DNA of 64,000 nt, taken from an uncultured delta proteobacterium. Its GTDB lineage: Bacteria > Desulfobacterota > Binatia > UBA9968. The notes below the pieces were generated by a model, which was given only the letters and a program-made list of their open reading frames with translations, was not told the DNA's origin and made no database searches. Of the stretch, positions 47,963 through 58,600 are shown one piece after another. The translations under genes and the position numbers were made by a program. The DNA lies in assembly GCA_963737905.1 (NCBI GenBank), contig CAVTUQ010000013.1:1-64000 (forward strand), read 5' to 3'. Position 1 is the first letter of the stretch. Every line of letters begins with the position of its first letter.

Positions 47963-48373
47963 ATGCGTGCACAAAACCCGGAACCAAAGAAAATCTTGTT
48001 GGTTTGTTCGCCGGACTGCAACCGCGTGGAGCAACACCTTCTTCATGCCGGTTATTGGGTGACCAAAGTGGGTGAAGGAGCCGCGGCCATAGAACGCGCG
48101 AAGCACGAGCTACTCAATGCCGCTGTGCTCATTTCCACAGGTAAGGAGATGGATTTAGCGGAGACGGTGTTGAATTTGAGGGACGTCAATCCCGCGGTTG
48201 AAATCATCATCATTGCCAATTTGGACAATGCTGAAGAAAAAGCTGCGCAAACGGCTGCCATCGTTCAGGCTCTGCCGGAAACGACCGTTCTGACAGTCAG
48301 GGAGCTCGATCGTTATTTGGCAGCGCCCGCATGGAAAAGGGAAGCCGGCTCGTTAGAGCGACCGCTAATCTAA
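47963..48373 (+). CDS. Degenerate receiver-like protein
   Basis: KILLV..GYWVTKV..GAAAIE..AAVLIS..EIIII REC topology without the phospho-Asp. Confidence 0.6.
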   Translation: MRAQNPEPKKILLVCSPDCNRVEQHLLHAGYWVTKVGEGAAAIERAKHELLNAAVLISTGKEMDLAETVLNLRDVNPAVEIIIIANLDNAEEKAAQTAAIVQALPETTVLTVRELDRYLAAPAWKREAGSLERPLI

Positions 48374-48467
48374 AAGTAACGAGGCAAGACAAAAATGACT
48401 AAAGGTTCGATCTCGGGCAAATGAAGTAAAAGAGGCTTTACTCAATTTAATCCAGACAGGAGGAACC

Positions 48468-49478
48468 ATGAAAAAATTCGCAGTGTGGATGGCGCTATTT
48501 CTGTTCAGCGGAATTTTCAGCTTCGCCGTTGACGGCGAGGCCGCAGACACGGTGAAACTGGCTTACGTCTCCGACTCCCCCGCTTCTTCAGCGGCCTACT
48601 GGGTAGCCAAAGACGCCGGGCTGTTTAAAAAGCATGGACTTGACGTGGAGATGCTCTTTATCAATGGAAGTACCCGGAGCGTTCAAAGCCTGATTGGCGG
48701 CGACCTGCAGTTTGCCGGAGCTGTCGGAACTTCCGCCATGAACGGCGCAATGGCTGGCGGGGACATCGCCATTATCGATGGACTGGTCAACACCCTCCCT
48801 TACTATTTGGTCGGTAACCCCCAGATCAAGTCACCCGAAGATCTAAAGGGGAGATCGGCCGCGACTCACATCCCTGGAACCTCAGCGGATTTTGCGTTGC
48901 GTCTGGCTTTGAAAAGATTTGGGATTCCCTACCAGAGTATCAAGGCGGTCATGGTGGGAGGTATGCCTGCGCGAATAGCGGCGGTGACGACCGGGCAATT
49001 AGATTTCGCCGTGGTCACCGAGCCCGGAAAGATCAAAGGGGAAAAGGCCGGACTCAAAATGATCTTAGACATGGCCAAACTCAACATACCCTTTCAGTTC
49101 ACTTGCACGGTAGCGACCAGACAACTGATCCGCGAAAATCCCAAAGCGGTTCAGCAAATGGCTGAAGCGATGGCCGAGGCGATTCACTACTATAAGACCC
49201 ACAAGCCGGAAACCATCAAGATTATGCAAAAGTATTCCCGCGGCCAGAGCCTCAACGTTTTAGAAGGTTCCTACGACGCATACAAGGATCTCTTTGTCGC
49301 AGATACCTATCCGGCCCTAGAAGGGCTCAAGAACACGCTGGAAATTCAGGCCTCCTGGGATCCTAAAGCGGCGCGCGCCAATGCGGAAGATTTTGTCGAT
49401 TTACGATTTGTCGATCAGCTAAAAAAATCCGGTTTCATCGACAAGCTGTATAAGGGCAACCAAATGAGCCGGAACTAA
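48468..49478 (+). CDS. ABC substrate-binding protein, NMT1/SsuA-like
   Basis: WVAKDAGLFKKHGLDVE, DLKGR and QLKKSGFIDKLY. Confidence 0.9.
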   Translation: MKKFAVWMALFLFSGIFSFAVDGEAADTVKLAYVSDSPASSAAYWVAKDAGLFKKHGLDVEMLFINGSTRSVQSLIGGDLQFAGAVGTSAMNGAMAGGDIAIIDGLVNTLPYYLVGNPQIKSPEDLKGRSAATHIPGTSADFALRLALKRFGIPYQSIKAVMVGGMPARIAAVTTGQLDFAVVTEPGKIKGEKAGLKMILDMAKLNIPFQFTCTVATRQLIRENPKAVQQMAEAMAEAIHYYKTHKPETIKIMQKYSRGQSLNVLEGSYDAYKDLFVADTYPALEGLKNTLEIQASWDPKAARANAEDFVDLRFVDQLKKSGFIDKLYKGNQMSRN

Positions 49479-49547
49479 TAAACAGATCGTCACCGGCTGG
49501 GCGGCCCGCCAGGCGACCGCTACGGTTTGGTGGCGCAGGAGGAGATC

Positions 49548-50574
49548 ATGAACCAAACACGTAAACTGTTGCTACTGTCCCTGGCGAGCGCTTTTCTATT
49601 TTCCTGGTGCGCTGTCTCTCTCGCGCAAGCAAGAGACAATGACGAAATCATCGAAGCGGCAAAAAGCGAAGGCAACGTGTCCTTTTACACCACCATGAGC
49701 TTGTCCCAGAGTAAAAAGGTCGTCGATAAATTCCAACAGAAATATCCCTTCATTAAGCCGGAGCTGTTTCGCGGCGGCGGCGACGAGGTGTTGAATAGAA
49801 TTCTGAATGAGGCTCGCGGTGGCCTCTATGCCTGGGATGTCGTATCGACACGAGGAGATTCAGTTCTGACGTTAATGGATTCTAAACTGATCACGTCCTA
49901 TCGGTCACCTGAAAATAAATTCATTAGCGCGGATCTGGTCGACGACGAGGGCTATTGGACAGCTTATTATGTGAACCCCTATGTGCTCGGCTACAACACC
50001 AATCTAGTGAAAAAAGAGCGATGTTCCCAAAACTTACGAAGAGCCTCGACCTCAAGTGGAAAGGGAGAAAGATCTCCATCGAGGACTCAGCTTATGGTCT
50101 GCTGGAGGGGAACGAGCGCGGCATGGGGTAAAGAACAGGCGGTTGACCTAGTTTAAAGAAGCTCGCGACCAGGAACCCGTCGTCATGAGAGGGAACACAA
50201 ACCGGGTGCAACTCGCAATGGCGGGAGAATATCCTTTAATCATTGCTTACGCACCGACGATACAAAGAGAAACATCTGTAGGCCATCCGATGGATTGGGT
50301 CCCTCTTGAACCTGTGCCGGTTCAGGTCAACCCGATGATGCTTGCAGCCAACGCGCCCCATCCGAACGCGGGGAAGCTCTTCATAGATTTCCTCCTGTCT
50401 AAAGAGGGTCAGGAGATGCTCGTCGGTTTTAGGCGCATCCCTTCCAGGGAGGACATAGAACCCGACCCGCCTCGGCTCTTCAGAGGTTACAAACGGATTG
50501 TCGAGCATCCCGAAGATTATAAAAACTTCAATGAGACGATAAAGCTCTATCAAGAAATCCTCGGCATTCGCTAA
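49548..50574 (+). CDS. ABC substrate-binding protein, AfuA-like (frameshifted)
   Basis: ORFs 49527-50156 and 50185-50574: AAKSEG.V.FY, YNTNLV and APHPNAGKLFIDFLLSKEGQ. Confidence 0.85.
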
Positions 50575-50713
50575 GGACAAAAGACAAGTGGGAGGAAAAA
50601 TAAACAGAGGCTGTTTATATGACTTCGATCGCAAAAGCTGTTTGCCAGTCAGCCACCTGTTTTCATTGACAATCGATCCAAGCGCTACGGACGCGAGAGA
50701 TCGGAGGAATACG

Positions 50714-50893
50714 ATGAAATGCGAACGTTGCTTTTACACGGACGGAAAGAACGCGGAATTTAGAGTCCGCAGCGACGTTATCGACCTTAAAGTTTGCCCC
50801 AGTTGCGCTAGCGAAGCGCGTGCGCTTGCGCTCAGCGGTCGAACCACTTCACCGAAGACTTTGGGTTGCGGACGACCGTTCAAAAGAACATGA
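50714..50893 (+). CDS. Small CxxC...CxxC zinc-binding protein (3' end uncertain)
   Basis: MKCERC...VCPSCA; GGAGG RBS. Confidence 0.55.
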   Translation: MKCERCFYTDGKNAEFRVRSDVIDLKVCPSCASEARALALSGRTTSPKTLGCGRPFKRT

Positions 50894-50980
50894 CGGACTT
50901 CAAATTTTTGTCGGATAGTTCTGACCGGAAAGAAAGAAGACAGTGCGAAAGATGAAGCGGACAACATCAACGGAGGTTCT

Positions 50981-52027
50981 ATGATGAAAAAAGCTGCCTG
51001 ACCCTAGTCGGCATCGGGAGCATTTGCTTTTTCTCTTGCTCTGCCCGATGCCTCCGCGGAAGACTTTTACAAGGGCAAGACCATCCGTTTCATCGTCGGC
51101 TACGCGCCCGGCGGCGGCTACGATACCTATACCCGCGCCATCGCTCGCCACATCGGCAAACACATTCCCGGAAATCCTTCTGCCGTTGTTGACAACATGG
51201 AGGGTGCGGGGAGCCTTTTAGCGGCGAATTACATGTTCAACAAAGCCGAGCCCGATGGGCTCACGGTGGGCGATTTCAATAGCGGCATGGTGACCCAGCA
51301 AGCGTTGGGGGCAAAAGGGATCCGGTTCGACGCCCGGAAGTTCGGCTGGGTCGGGTCCCCCGGCAAGGGATGGCCGACATGCATGGTGATGGGATTTACC
51401 GGGCTCAAAACCCTCGACGATGTCATCAAATCGGGAGATCAGCTTAAGTTCGGCGGAACCCGAGCCGGCGCTTCCTCGGATGATTTGCCAAAGCTCATGG
51501 ATGCGCTGATGGGAACCCATCTTCAGGTCATCTCCGGATACAAAGGCACCGGTCCGATACGTGTTGCTCTACAGCGCCGCGAGATCAACGCGCTTTGCTC
51601 CGGCTGGGAATCCATGCGCGTCACCGCGCGCGCCATGCTGGACGCCAAGGGTGATGACAAATTAATTCCTTTCGTAATTCACGGCCACGTAGAAGATCCT
51701 GAGGTTAAGGATCTGCCCCAATACACGAAAGTGATTAAGGGTGAAGAAAATGTGAAGGCCTTCAAGGCCTGGGCCAACCAATATGATTTTCAGCGGCCCC
51801 TGATGGTTCCACCGAAAACCCCAAAAGATAGATTGCAGGTCTTGCGCAAAGGATTGCAAGAAATCGTCGCGGACCCGGAATTTTTGGCGGAAGCAAAAAA
51901 GAGCAAGATGGTCATCGATAAAGTGACCGGCGAGGATATCGAGCGATCTGTAGAGGAAATTTTAACGATTACGCCGGCAGTTAAGAAAAAACTCATGGTT
52001 CTGGCACCGGCCAAGGCGAGCAAGTAA
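50981..52027 (+). CDS. TctC/Bug tripartite tricarboxylate transporter binding protein (5' end disrupted by apparent errors)
   Basis: FYKGKTIRFIVGYAPGGGYD, NMEGAGS, SGYKG and RPLMVPP. Confidence 0.88.
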
Positions 52028-52093
52028 CGCATCGGAAAAAGAAATGGAGTTTAGAATCCACCGGCTCGGCCGGCAACAATAACGGGAGACTTT

Positions 52094-53099
52094 ATGAATA
52101 AAACATGCATCGGACTGGTTTTACTGCTTTCCCTGTTCGCTTTTCCAGTGAATTCTCACGCGGCGGACCAAGTTCGTTTCGCCTACATCTCCGACTCTCC
52201 GGGGTCCTCGGCTCCCTACTGGATCGCCAAAGAAGCGGGGATCTTCAAGAAGTACGGCCTGGACACCGAACTGATCTTCATCAACGGCAGCACGCGAGGA
52301 ATCCAAAGCATGATCGCCGGCGATATTGATTTTGCGGGCGCAGTGGGCACCTCAGCGATGAATGGCGCTATGGCCGGCGGCGACGTTATGATCGTCGACA
52401 GTCTCGTCAATACCCTTCCGTACTACATTATCGGCAAGTCGAGCATTAAATCACCGGAGGACCTCAAAGGCCGCTCCGCCGCTACGCATATTCCCGGGAC
52501 GTCGGCCGATTTTGCGCTGCGTCTTGCGCTGCGGAAATTTGGCATCGATTACACGGACATCAAAGCTGTCATGGTCGGGGGCGCGGCGGCCCGCGTCGCG
52601 GCCGTGCATCAATGGACAGGTGGATTTTACGATGGTGACCGATTCGGGAAAAATTCAAGGAGAGAAGGCGGGGTTGAAGGTCATCATCGACATGGCCAAA
52701 TTGAAAATCCCGTTTCAATTTACCTGCACGGTAACCACGAAAGCGATCACCCGAGCGCGTCCGCAAACGGTGGAAAGCATGGTCAAGGCGGTGGCCGAGG
52801 CCGTGCATTTCTTTAAGAACAACAAAGAGGAATCCATCAAAATCATGTCGAAGTATACCCGCGGGCAGAAACCCGATGTTCTTGAGGGTTCTTGGGTAGC
52901 CTACAAAGATCTCTTAGTGGAAGACACCTATCCTACGTTGGAAGGTCTGGACGATACTCTGGCAGTCCAAGCCAACTGGGATCCAAAGGCCGCAAAAGTA
53001 AAGGCGGCGGATTTCGTCGATCTTCGCTTCGTCGATAATTTAAAGAAGAGCGGCTTCCTAGAAAAACTGTATGGCGGAGCCAAGCTGAGCAAGTTTTAA
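52094..53099 (+). CDS. ABC substrate-binding protein, NMT1/SsuA-like (one frameshift near 52605)
   Basis: ORFs 52094-52816 and 52512-53099; close paralog of 48468. Confidence 0.88.
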
Positions 53100-53190
53100 A
53101 GACTCTCAGGAGATCAACGGAACCTCACGAAATACGCTGACGGGGGATCACTTCGATTACTAACCTCTAACAAAAACAAAGGAGGATGCC

Positions 53191-54242
53191 ATGAAAAGAC
53201 AAATCACCCTTGCCGCAGTGATTATCGGCGCGGGACTGCTACTTAGTCTCTCCCCTACGATGGCCACAGCCGAGGACTTTTACCAGGGCAAAACCATCCG
53301 ATTTATCGTCGGCGCTCCCGCCGGAGGAGGTTACGATACTATACTCGGACAATCGCGCGCCATCTTGGCAAACATATTCCGGGAAACCCATCGATGGTCG
53401 TGGATAACATGGACGGAGCAGGGTCACTGATCGCTGCAATTACGTTATAACAAAGCTGAGCCAGATGGTCTGTCCATCGGCGTTTGGATCAGCGGACAGA
53501 TTATACGTCAAGCCTTGGCGATAGAGGCCCCAGATTTGACGGCCGAAAATTCGGCTGGATCGGCGCGCCGAGCACGGGGGACCCGACCTGCGCAATCATG
53601 GGTTTCACCGGGTTCAAAACTTGGGATGACGTGCTCCATTCCAAGCGTCCGATCAGAATGGGCGGTGTGCGAGCGGGGACCTCATATGACGATGTGCCGA
53701 CCATTTTAAACAACGTGGCGGGAACAAAATTTGAAGTGATAACGGGCTATCGGGGCACCTCCCCCATCCGTCTGGCGATGCAGAAGCAGGAAGTCGAAGG
53801 GGCGTGCTTGGGGTGGGAATCGATGCGGGTTTCGAATCGAGCCATGCTCGACGCGAAGGGTAATGACAAACTGATTCCCTTCATTACCTATAATAAGAAG
53901 TTTGAAGATCCCGAAGTTAAGGGTCTGCCGCTGTTTACCGAGGTCATAAAGGGCGAAGACAATCTGGCGACGTTTACAACTTGGGCGGCCTCTTATGAGT
54001 TCCAGCGGCCTTTTTCAGTACCGCCGGGAACGCCCCCGGAGCGGCTTGAGACCTTGCGCAAAGCCTTCGCCGCAACTTTGAGAGATCCGGAATTATTAAC
54101 CGAAGCAAACAAGTCTAAGCTCTATATTGATCCCGTATCAGGGGAAGAGGTCGACGGATATGTAAAGCAGATATATTCAATGTCGAAGAAAGTGAAGCAA
54201 AATCTAAGCTTTGGTGAAATCAACCAGAAGAAAAGTAACTGA
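53191..54242 (+). CDS. TctC/Bug binding protein (frameshifted)
   Basis: FYQGKTIRFIVGAPAGGGYD, then TGYRG and RPFSVPPGTP in ORF 53484-54242. Confidence 0.88.
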
Positions 54243-54276
54243 TTCGATCTAAAACATCGCGCGCAAGGAGGATTAG

Positions 54277-55329
54277 ATGATGAAAAGACTTGGACTACTG
54301 GCCGTCACGACTGCGGCGTTTATTGCGACAGGTAACATGTCAAACGTGACTGCCGAAGACTTTTACAAAGACAAGACGATTCGGGTCACCGTGGGCTTGG
54401 CCCCGGGCGGAGGCTACGACACGTACGCGAGAGCTGTTGCCCGCCATATGGGGAAACATATCCCGGGCAACCCGAGTTTCGTTGTCGATAACATGGAGGG
54501 CGCGGGAAGCCTGATCGCGGCTAACTATACTTACAATAAAGCCGACCGCGACGGCACCTTTATCGGGGTATGGAACAGCGCGTATATTCTTTATCAAGCG
54601 CTTGGCGATAAGGCCGTCAGATTGGACGGCAAAAAGCTCAACTGGATCGGCGCGCCCGTCAAAGGCTCACCGAGCTGCAGCATCATGGGCTTTACCGGCC
54701 TCAAGACCATGGACGAAGTTGTCAAGTCCGGGAAGGCGTTAAAGATGGGATCCACCAGGGCGGGTTCTACATATAACGATTTGCCGATGATCTTGAATCA
54801 GACCGTGGGCACGAAGTTTAACGTGATCAATGGCTATAAGGGCACATCGCTAATCACGGTCGCTATGCGATCGAAGGAAATCGAAGGCGGCTGCTGGGGC
54901 TGGGAGTCGGCGCGCGTTACTGCCCGCGCCATGTTGGATGCGACTGGAGACCAGAAACTCATACCGATCCTTGTTCACCGGAAGTGGGAGGATCCGGAGC
55001 TTGCCAACGTACCCATCATACGCGACTACATTAAAGCAAAGGCTGGTGATGATGGCGTGAAGCTTTACAACACCTGGGTCAATCAATATGAGTTCCAGCG
55101 TCCGTGGGTGATGCCTCCGGGAGTTCCCAAAGATCGCGTGGAAATTTTGCGTAAGGCGTTCAAGGCGACTTTCGAAGACCCCGAATTTCTTGACGAAGCT
55201 AAAAAGACCAAACTCGAACTCGTTTACGTTGGCTCCGACGAGATCAACGGTCTCGTGAAAGAGATTCTCAATATTTCGCCGAAGGCAAAAGCGGGACTTC
55301 AGTTTCTAATTCGGAAGACAACGAACTAG
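54277..55329 (+). CDS. TctC/Bug binding protein
   Basis: GLAPGGGYD, NMEGAGS, GYKG and RPWVMPPGVP. Confidence 0.92.
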   Translation: MMKRLGLLAVTTAAFIATGNMSNVTAEDFYKDKTIRVTVGLAPGGGYDTYARAVARHMGKHIPGNPSFVVDNMEGAGSLIAANYTYNKADRDGTFIGVWNSAYILYQALGDKAVRLDGKKLNWIGAPVKGSPSCSIMGFTGLKTMDEVVKSGKALKMGSTRAGSTYNDLPMILNQTVGTKFNVINGYKGTSLITVAMRSKEIEGGCWGWESARVTARAMLDATGDQKLIPILVHRKWEDPELANVPIIRDYIKAKAGDDGVKLYNTWVNQYEFQRPWVMPPGVPKDRVEILRKAFKATFEDPEFLDEAKKTKLELVYVGSDEINGLVKEILNISPKAKAGLQFLIRKTTN

Positions 55330-55400
55330 CCGTAGTTTCAGCGCTCGGATTTCAGCAGATACCGCCACGAGTCTGAAGAGAAAGCGTTCAAGGAGGAGTT

Positions 55401-56447
55401 ATGAGAAAAATCCTTTTGCTTAATAGTGCTGTCTCCTTTGTGTTCGTCTTCTTTTCGGCGCTTTTGAGTCCGGCTTTAGCCGCGGATTTCTACCAGGGAA
55501 AAAACATTCGCTTCATCGTCGGCTTCGCCGCTGGTGGCGGTTATGACGCCTACGCTCGCACGGTCGGCCGATATATCGGCAGGTATATTCCGGGGAATCC
55601 TTCGATCACGGTGGAAAACATGGACGGTGCCGGGAGCGCGATCGCCACCAACTACATGTACAACAAGGCTGAAAAGGATGGTTTGAACGTAGGTATTTGG
55701 AATTCACAAAACATCTTCAACCAGATGATGGGAGATCCAAGCCTGCGCATGGACGGCCGAAAATTCGGCTGGATCGGTTCGCCCAGCAAGGATTCCGTCG
55801 CCTGCGCTATCATGGGTTTCGCCGGTCCCAAGACCTTCGCTGAAATCGTCAAGTCGAATAAACCCTTACGCATGGGCGCCACCAGGGCCGGCAACACGAC
55901 GCAACTGCCAGAAATGTTAAACCACTGGGCCGGCGCCAAATTTGAAATCATCCGGGGCTATACGGGTACTTCAAAAATTCGTCTCGCGATGCGCTCCCAT
56001 GAGGTGGATGGTGCTTGCTGGACGTGGGATTCCATGAGGTCCACGGCTCGGTCAATGCTCGATGCCAAGGGCGGCGACCAGCTGGTCCCCTTCATCATCA
56101 ATGGTAAGTGGGAGGACCCCGAGGTTAAAAACATCGCCCAGTTTAATGAAGTGATTAAAGATAAGGACAATCTTAACGCGTTTAACACGTGGAACTCAGC
56201 TAACGAATTTGCTCGCCCTTTCTCGCTTCCTCCGGGCTCGCCGCCCGAGGCGCTCAGCATCCTGCGCAAAGCCTTCAAGGCGACGATCGAAGACAAAGAC
56301 TATATCGCCGATGCCAATAAATCGAAGCTTCCAGTCGACTATATTTCCGGGGAACAAGCGGATCAGTACGTCAAACAAATTTATTCAATTTCCCCCGAAG
56401 TCAAGAAGCGGCTTGAATTTTTGGTGAAGAAACCGAAAACCTCCTAG
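55401..56447 (+). CDS. TctC/Bug binding protein
   Basis: GFAAGGGYD, NMDGAGS and RPFSLPPG. Confidence 0.92.
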   Translation: MRKILLLNSAVSFVFVFFSALLSPALAADFYQGKNIRFIVGFAAGGGYDAYARTVGRYIGRYIPGNPSITVENMDGAGSAIATNYMYNKAEKDGLNVGIWNSQNIFNQMMGDPSLRMDGRKFGWIGSPSKDSVACAIMGFAGPKTFAEIVKSNKPLRMGATRAGNTTQLPEMLNHWAGAKFEIIRGYTGTSKIRLAMRSHEVDGACWTWDSMRSTARSMLDAKGGDQLVPFIINGKWEDPEVKNIAQFNEVIKDKDNLNAFNTWNSANEFARPFSLPPGSPPEALSILRKAFKATIEDKDYIADANKSKLPVDYISGEQADQYVKQIYSISPEVKKRLEFLVKKPKTS

Positions 56448-56456
56448 GAGATATCC

Positions 56457-58574
56457 ATGCTGGAATATCTGCAAGCATTCAATCACGGGCTCATCAATGT
56501 CTTGCCCTATTTCACGCCGCACGGCACCGAAACCTTTCTCTACATGATGATCGGCATGGGGATCGGCTTCGTCGTCGGTATCCTCCCCGGTCTTGGCGGT
56601 GCGACGACCCTGGCCCTGATGCTGCCGTTTATCTACAACATGGATCCCACCACAGCGTTCGCCTTTCTGTTGGGCTCCAATGCCGTCACTGCCACCACCG
56701 GCGATGTGACTTCGGTTCTTTTTGGAGTACCTGGGGAAGGGATCTGCGCCGCAACGATTGTCGATGGCCATCCGATGGCCAAGAACGGCGAAGCCGGGCG
56801 CGCTCTGGGGGCGGCGTTAATGAGCTCCCTTGTCGGGGCGGTTTTTGGCGCTTTCATGCTGGCGCTGGCGATTCCCATCGTTAGCCCCCTGGTTCTATCC
56901 ATCGGTTCGGCGGAGTTTTTCATGCTGGCGGTGCTCGGGGTCACCTTTGTCGCCTCGCTCAGCGGAGCCAACGTTCCCAAGGGTCTCGTGGCCGGTGGGC
57001 TGGGGCTGGTGCTGGCGATGGTGGGGCTTGACCCCATTGAGAGCGTGCCGCGTTTCACCCTGGAAGGCTTTTTAGGTGAAGACAATGCGCTTTTTCTGTG
57101 GGACGGCATTTCCCTGATCAGCGTCACCATCGGGCTTTTTGCCATTCCCGAGATTATCGATCTTGCGGTTCAGGGAAGCAGCATCGCCCGCGAGGGCACC
57201 CCGACCAAGCTCGGCGGAGTGATGGAAGGGGTCAAAGACACTTTTAGACACTGGAAGCTCGTGCTTCGCTGCAGCGGCATCGGCGCCTATATTGGACTCA
57301 TTCCCGGGATGGGCGGCGGCCCGGCCCAGTGGCTCGCCTACGCCCATGCCGTGCAGAGCTCCCCCGACAAAGAGCGCTTCGGCAAGGGAGCGGTGGAAGG
57401 GGTGCTCGGCCCCGGCGCGGCGAATAACTCCAAAGAAGGCGGCTCGCTCATTCCCACGCTTGCCTTCGGCGTCCCGGGCAGCGTCTCCATGGCGATTCTT
57501 CTCGGCGCTTTTATCATCCAAGGGATCGTGCCCGGGCCCGATCTGTTGAATCCGGCCAAGTATTTAACCCTTACCTTCTCCTTTGTCTGGATCATCGTGA
57601 TCACCAACATCCTGACCGTAGCGATCTGTTTTCTCTTCCTTAACCAGATGGCCAAGATCACCTTTATCAAAGGGACCTACCTGATCCCGTTTCTTTTGTT
57701 TCTGGTTTATCTTGGTGGGTTTGCCACCAAGAATAGTTTTGGCGACATGCTGTTGATCGTGATCTTCGGCGCCATCGGCTGGCTCATGGTGAAGTTTGAC
57801 TGGCAGCGCCCGCCCTTACTGCTCGGCTTGGTCCTGGGGGGGATCGCGGAGAACAACCTGTTTATTGCCAGCCGCATCTATGGCTACAGCTGGCTCTGGC
57901 ACCCCGGCGTTTTAGTCATTGCTTTCATCATCGTTGCCGGCACGGCTTTTCCTTATTTGCAGGCCTGGTTCAAGCGTCGACGCCAAAAACGCGATCCATC
58001 CGAGATGGCTCAGAAACCGGCCCCGGTCAGGATCGAGCGCCTGCCGATTGCGACCCGCATCGGCCAATCTCTGTTCGCCCTTTTGATCTTGCTAGTCATG
58101 GCTTACGTCGTTTACGAGGCGAAGTGGGGATTCGGTTCCTGGGAACCGCGCGCCGCGCTGTTTCCCTGGACCATCGGGCTACCCTGTCTGGTGCTGGCGA
58201 TCTATGTGTTCATGAAGGATAGCCTGCAATCGACTCGCAAAGTTAAAGCGGAGGGAGCGGCTTTGTGGAGTGAACCCGAGGTCGACCCCATAGTCGAGCG
58301 CCATCGGACCCTGGCCATCGGCTGCTGGATTGTGGGCTTTTTCGTGGCCATCTGGATATTTGGATTTGTCCCGGCCTCTGCGGTAGCGACTTTTCTTTAT
58401 TTGAAATTCGGGGCCGGGGAGAAATGGCCGATATCGCTGGTCTTGACGGCGGTTTGCTGGCTGTTCTTTTTCGGTGTCTTCGACTACGCGCTGCAACTCC
58501 CCTTTCCCACCGGAAGCCTCTTCGAATGGGTCCACATCGATATTCCCGCCGTGCGCAGCGTGTTTTTCAGCTAA
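56457..58574 (+). CDS. tctA: Fused TctA-TctB tripartite tricarboxylate transporter permease
   Basis: GILPGLG, DGHPMAKNGEAG, AANN and LAFGVPGS TctA motifs, plus about 200 aa C-terminal TctB-like region (ALFP..LQLPFP). Confidence 0.9.
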   Translation: MLEYLQAFNHGLINVLPYFTPHGTETFLYMMIGMGIGFVVGILPGLGGATTLALMLPFIYNMDPTTAFAFLLGSNAVTATTGDVTSVLFGVPGEGICAATIVDGHPMAKNGEAGRALGAALMSSLVGAVFGAFMLALAIPIVSPLVLSIGSAEFFMLAVLGVTFVASLSGANVPKGLVAGGLGLVLAMVGLDPIESVPRFTLEGFLGEDNALFLWDGISLISVTIGLFAIPEIIDLAVQGSSIAREGTPTKLGGVMEGVKDTFRHWKLVLRCSGIGAYIGLIPGMGGGPAQWLAYAHAVQSSPDKERFGKGAVEGVLGPGAANNSKEGGSLIPTLAFGVPGSVSMAILLGAFIIQGIVPGPDLLNPAKYLTLTFSFVWIIVITNILTVAICFLFLNQMAKITFIKGTYLIPFLLFLVYLGGFATKNSFGDMLLIVIFGAIGWLMVKFDWQRPPLLLGLVLGGIAENNLFIASRIYGYSWLWHPGVLVIAFIIVAGTAFPYLQAWFKRRRQKRDPSEMAQKPAPVRIERLPIATRIGQSLFALLILLVMAYVVYEAKWGFGSWEPRAALFPWTIGLPCLVLAIYVFMKDSLQSTRKVKAEGAALWSEPEVDPIVERHRTLAIGCWIVGFFVAIWIFGFVPASAVATFLYLKFGAGEKWPISLVLTAVCWLFFFGVFDYALQLPFPTGSLFEWVHIDIPAVRSVFFS

Positions 58575-58600
58575 CGGTTTAATGCAGATCGGAGGACGAC

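Noticed and set aside
50999-51007. In-frame TGA/TAG early in tctC as Sec/Pyl recoding
   Set aside because: Lies in a signal peptide between compensating indels in an error-rich region.
49950-53500. Four broken SBP genes as phase variation or decay
   Set aside because: Indels are locally clustered and partly compensating, while protein motifs are intact, consistent with a low-quality stretch; needs read support.
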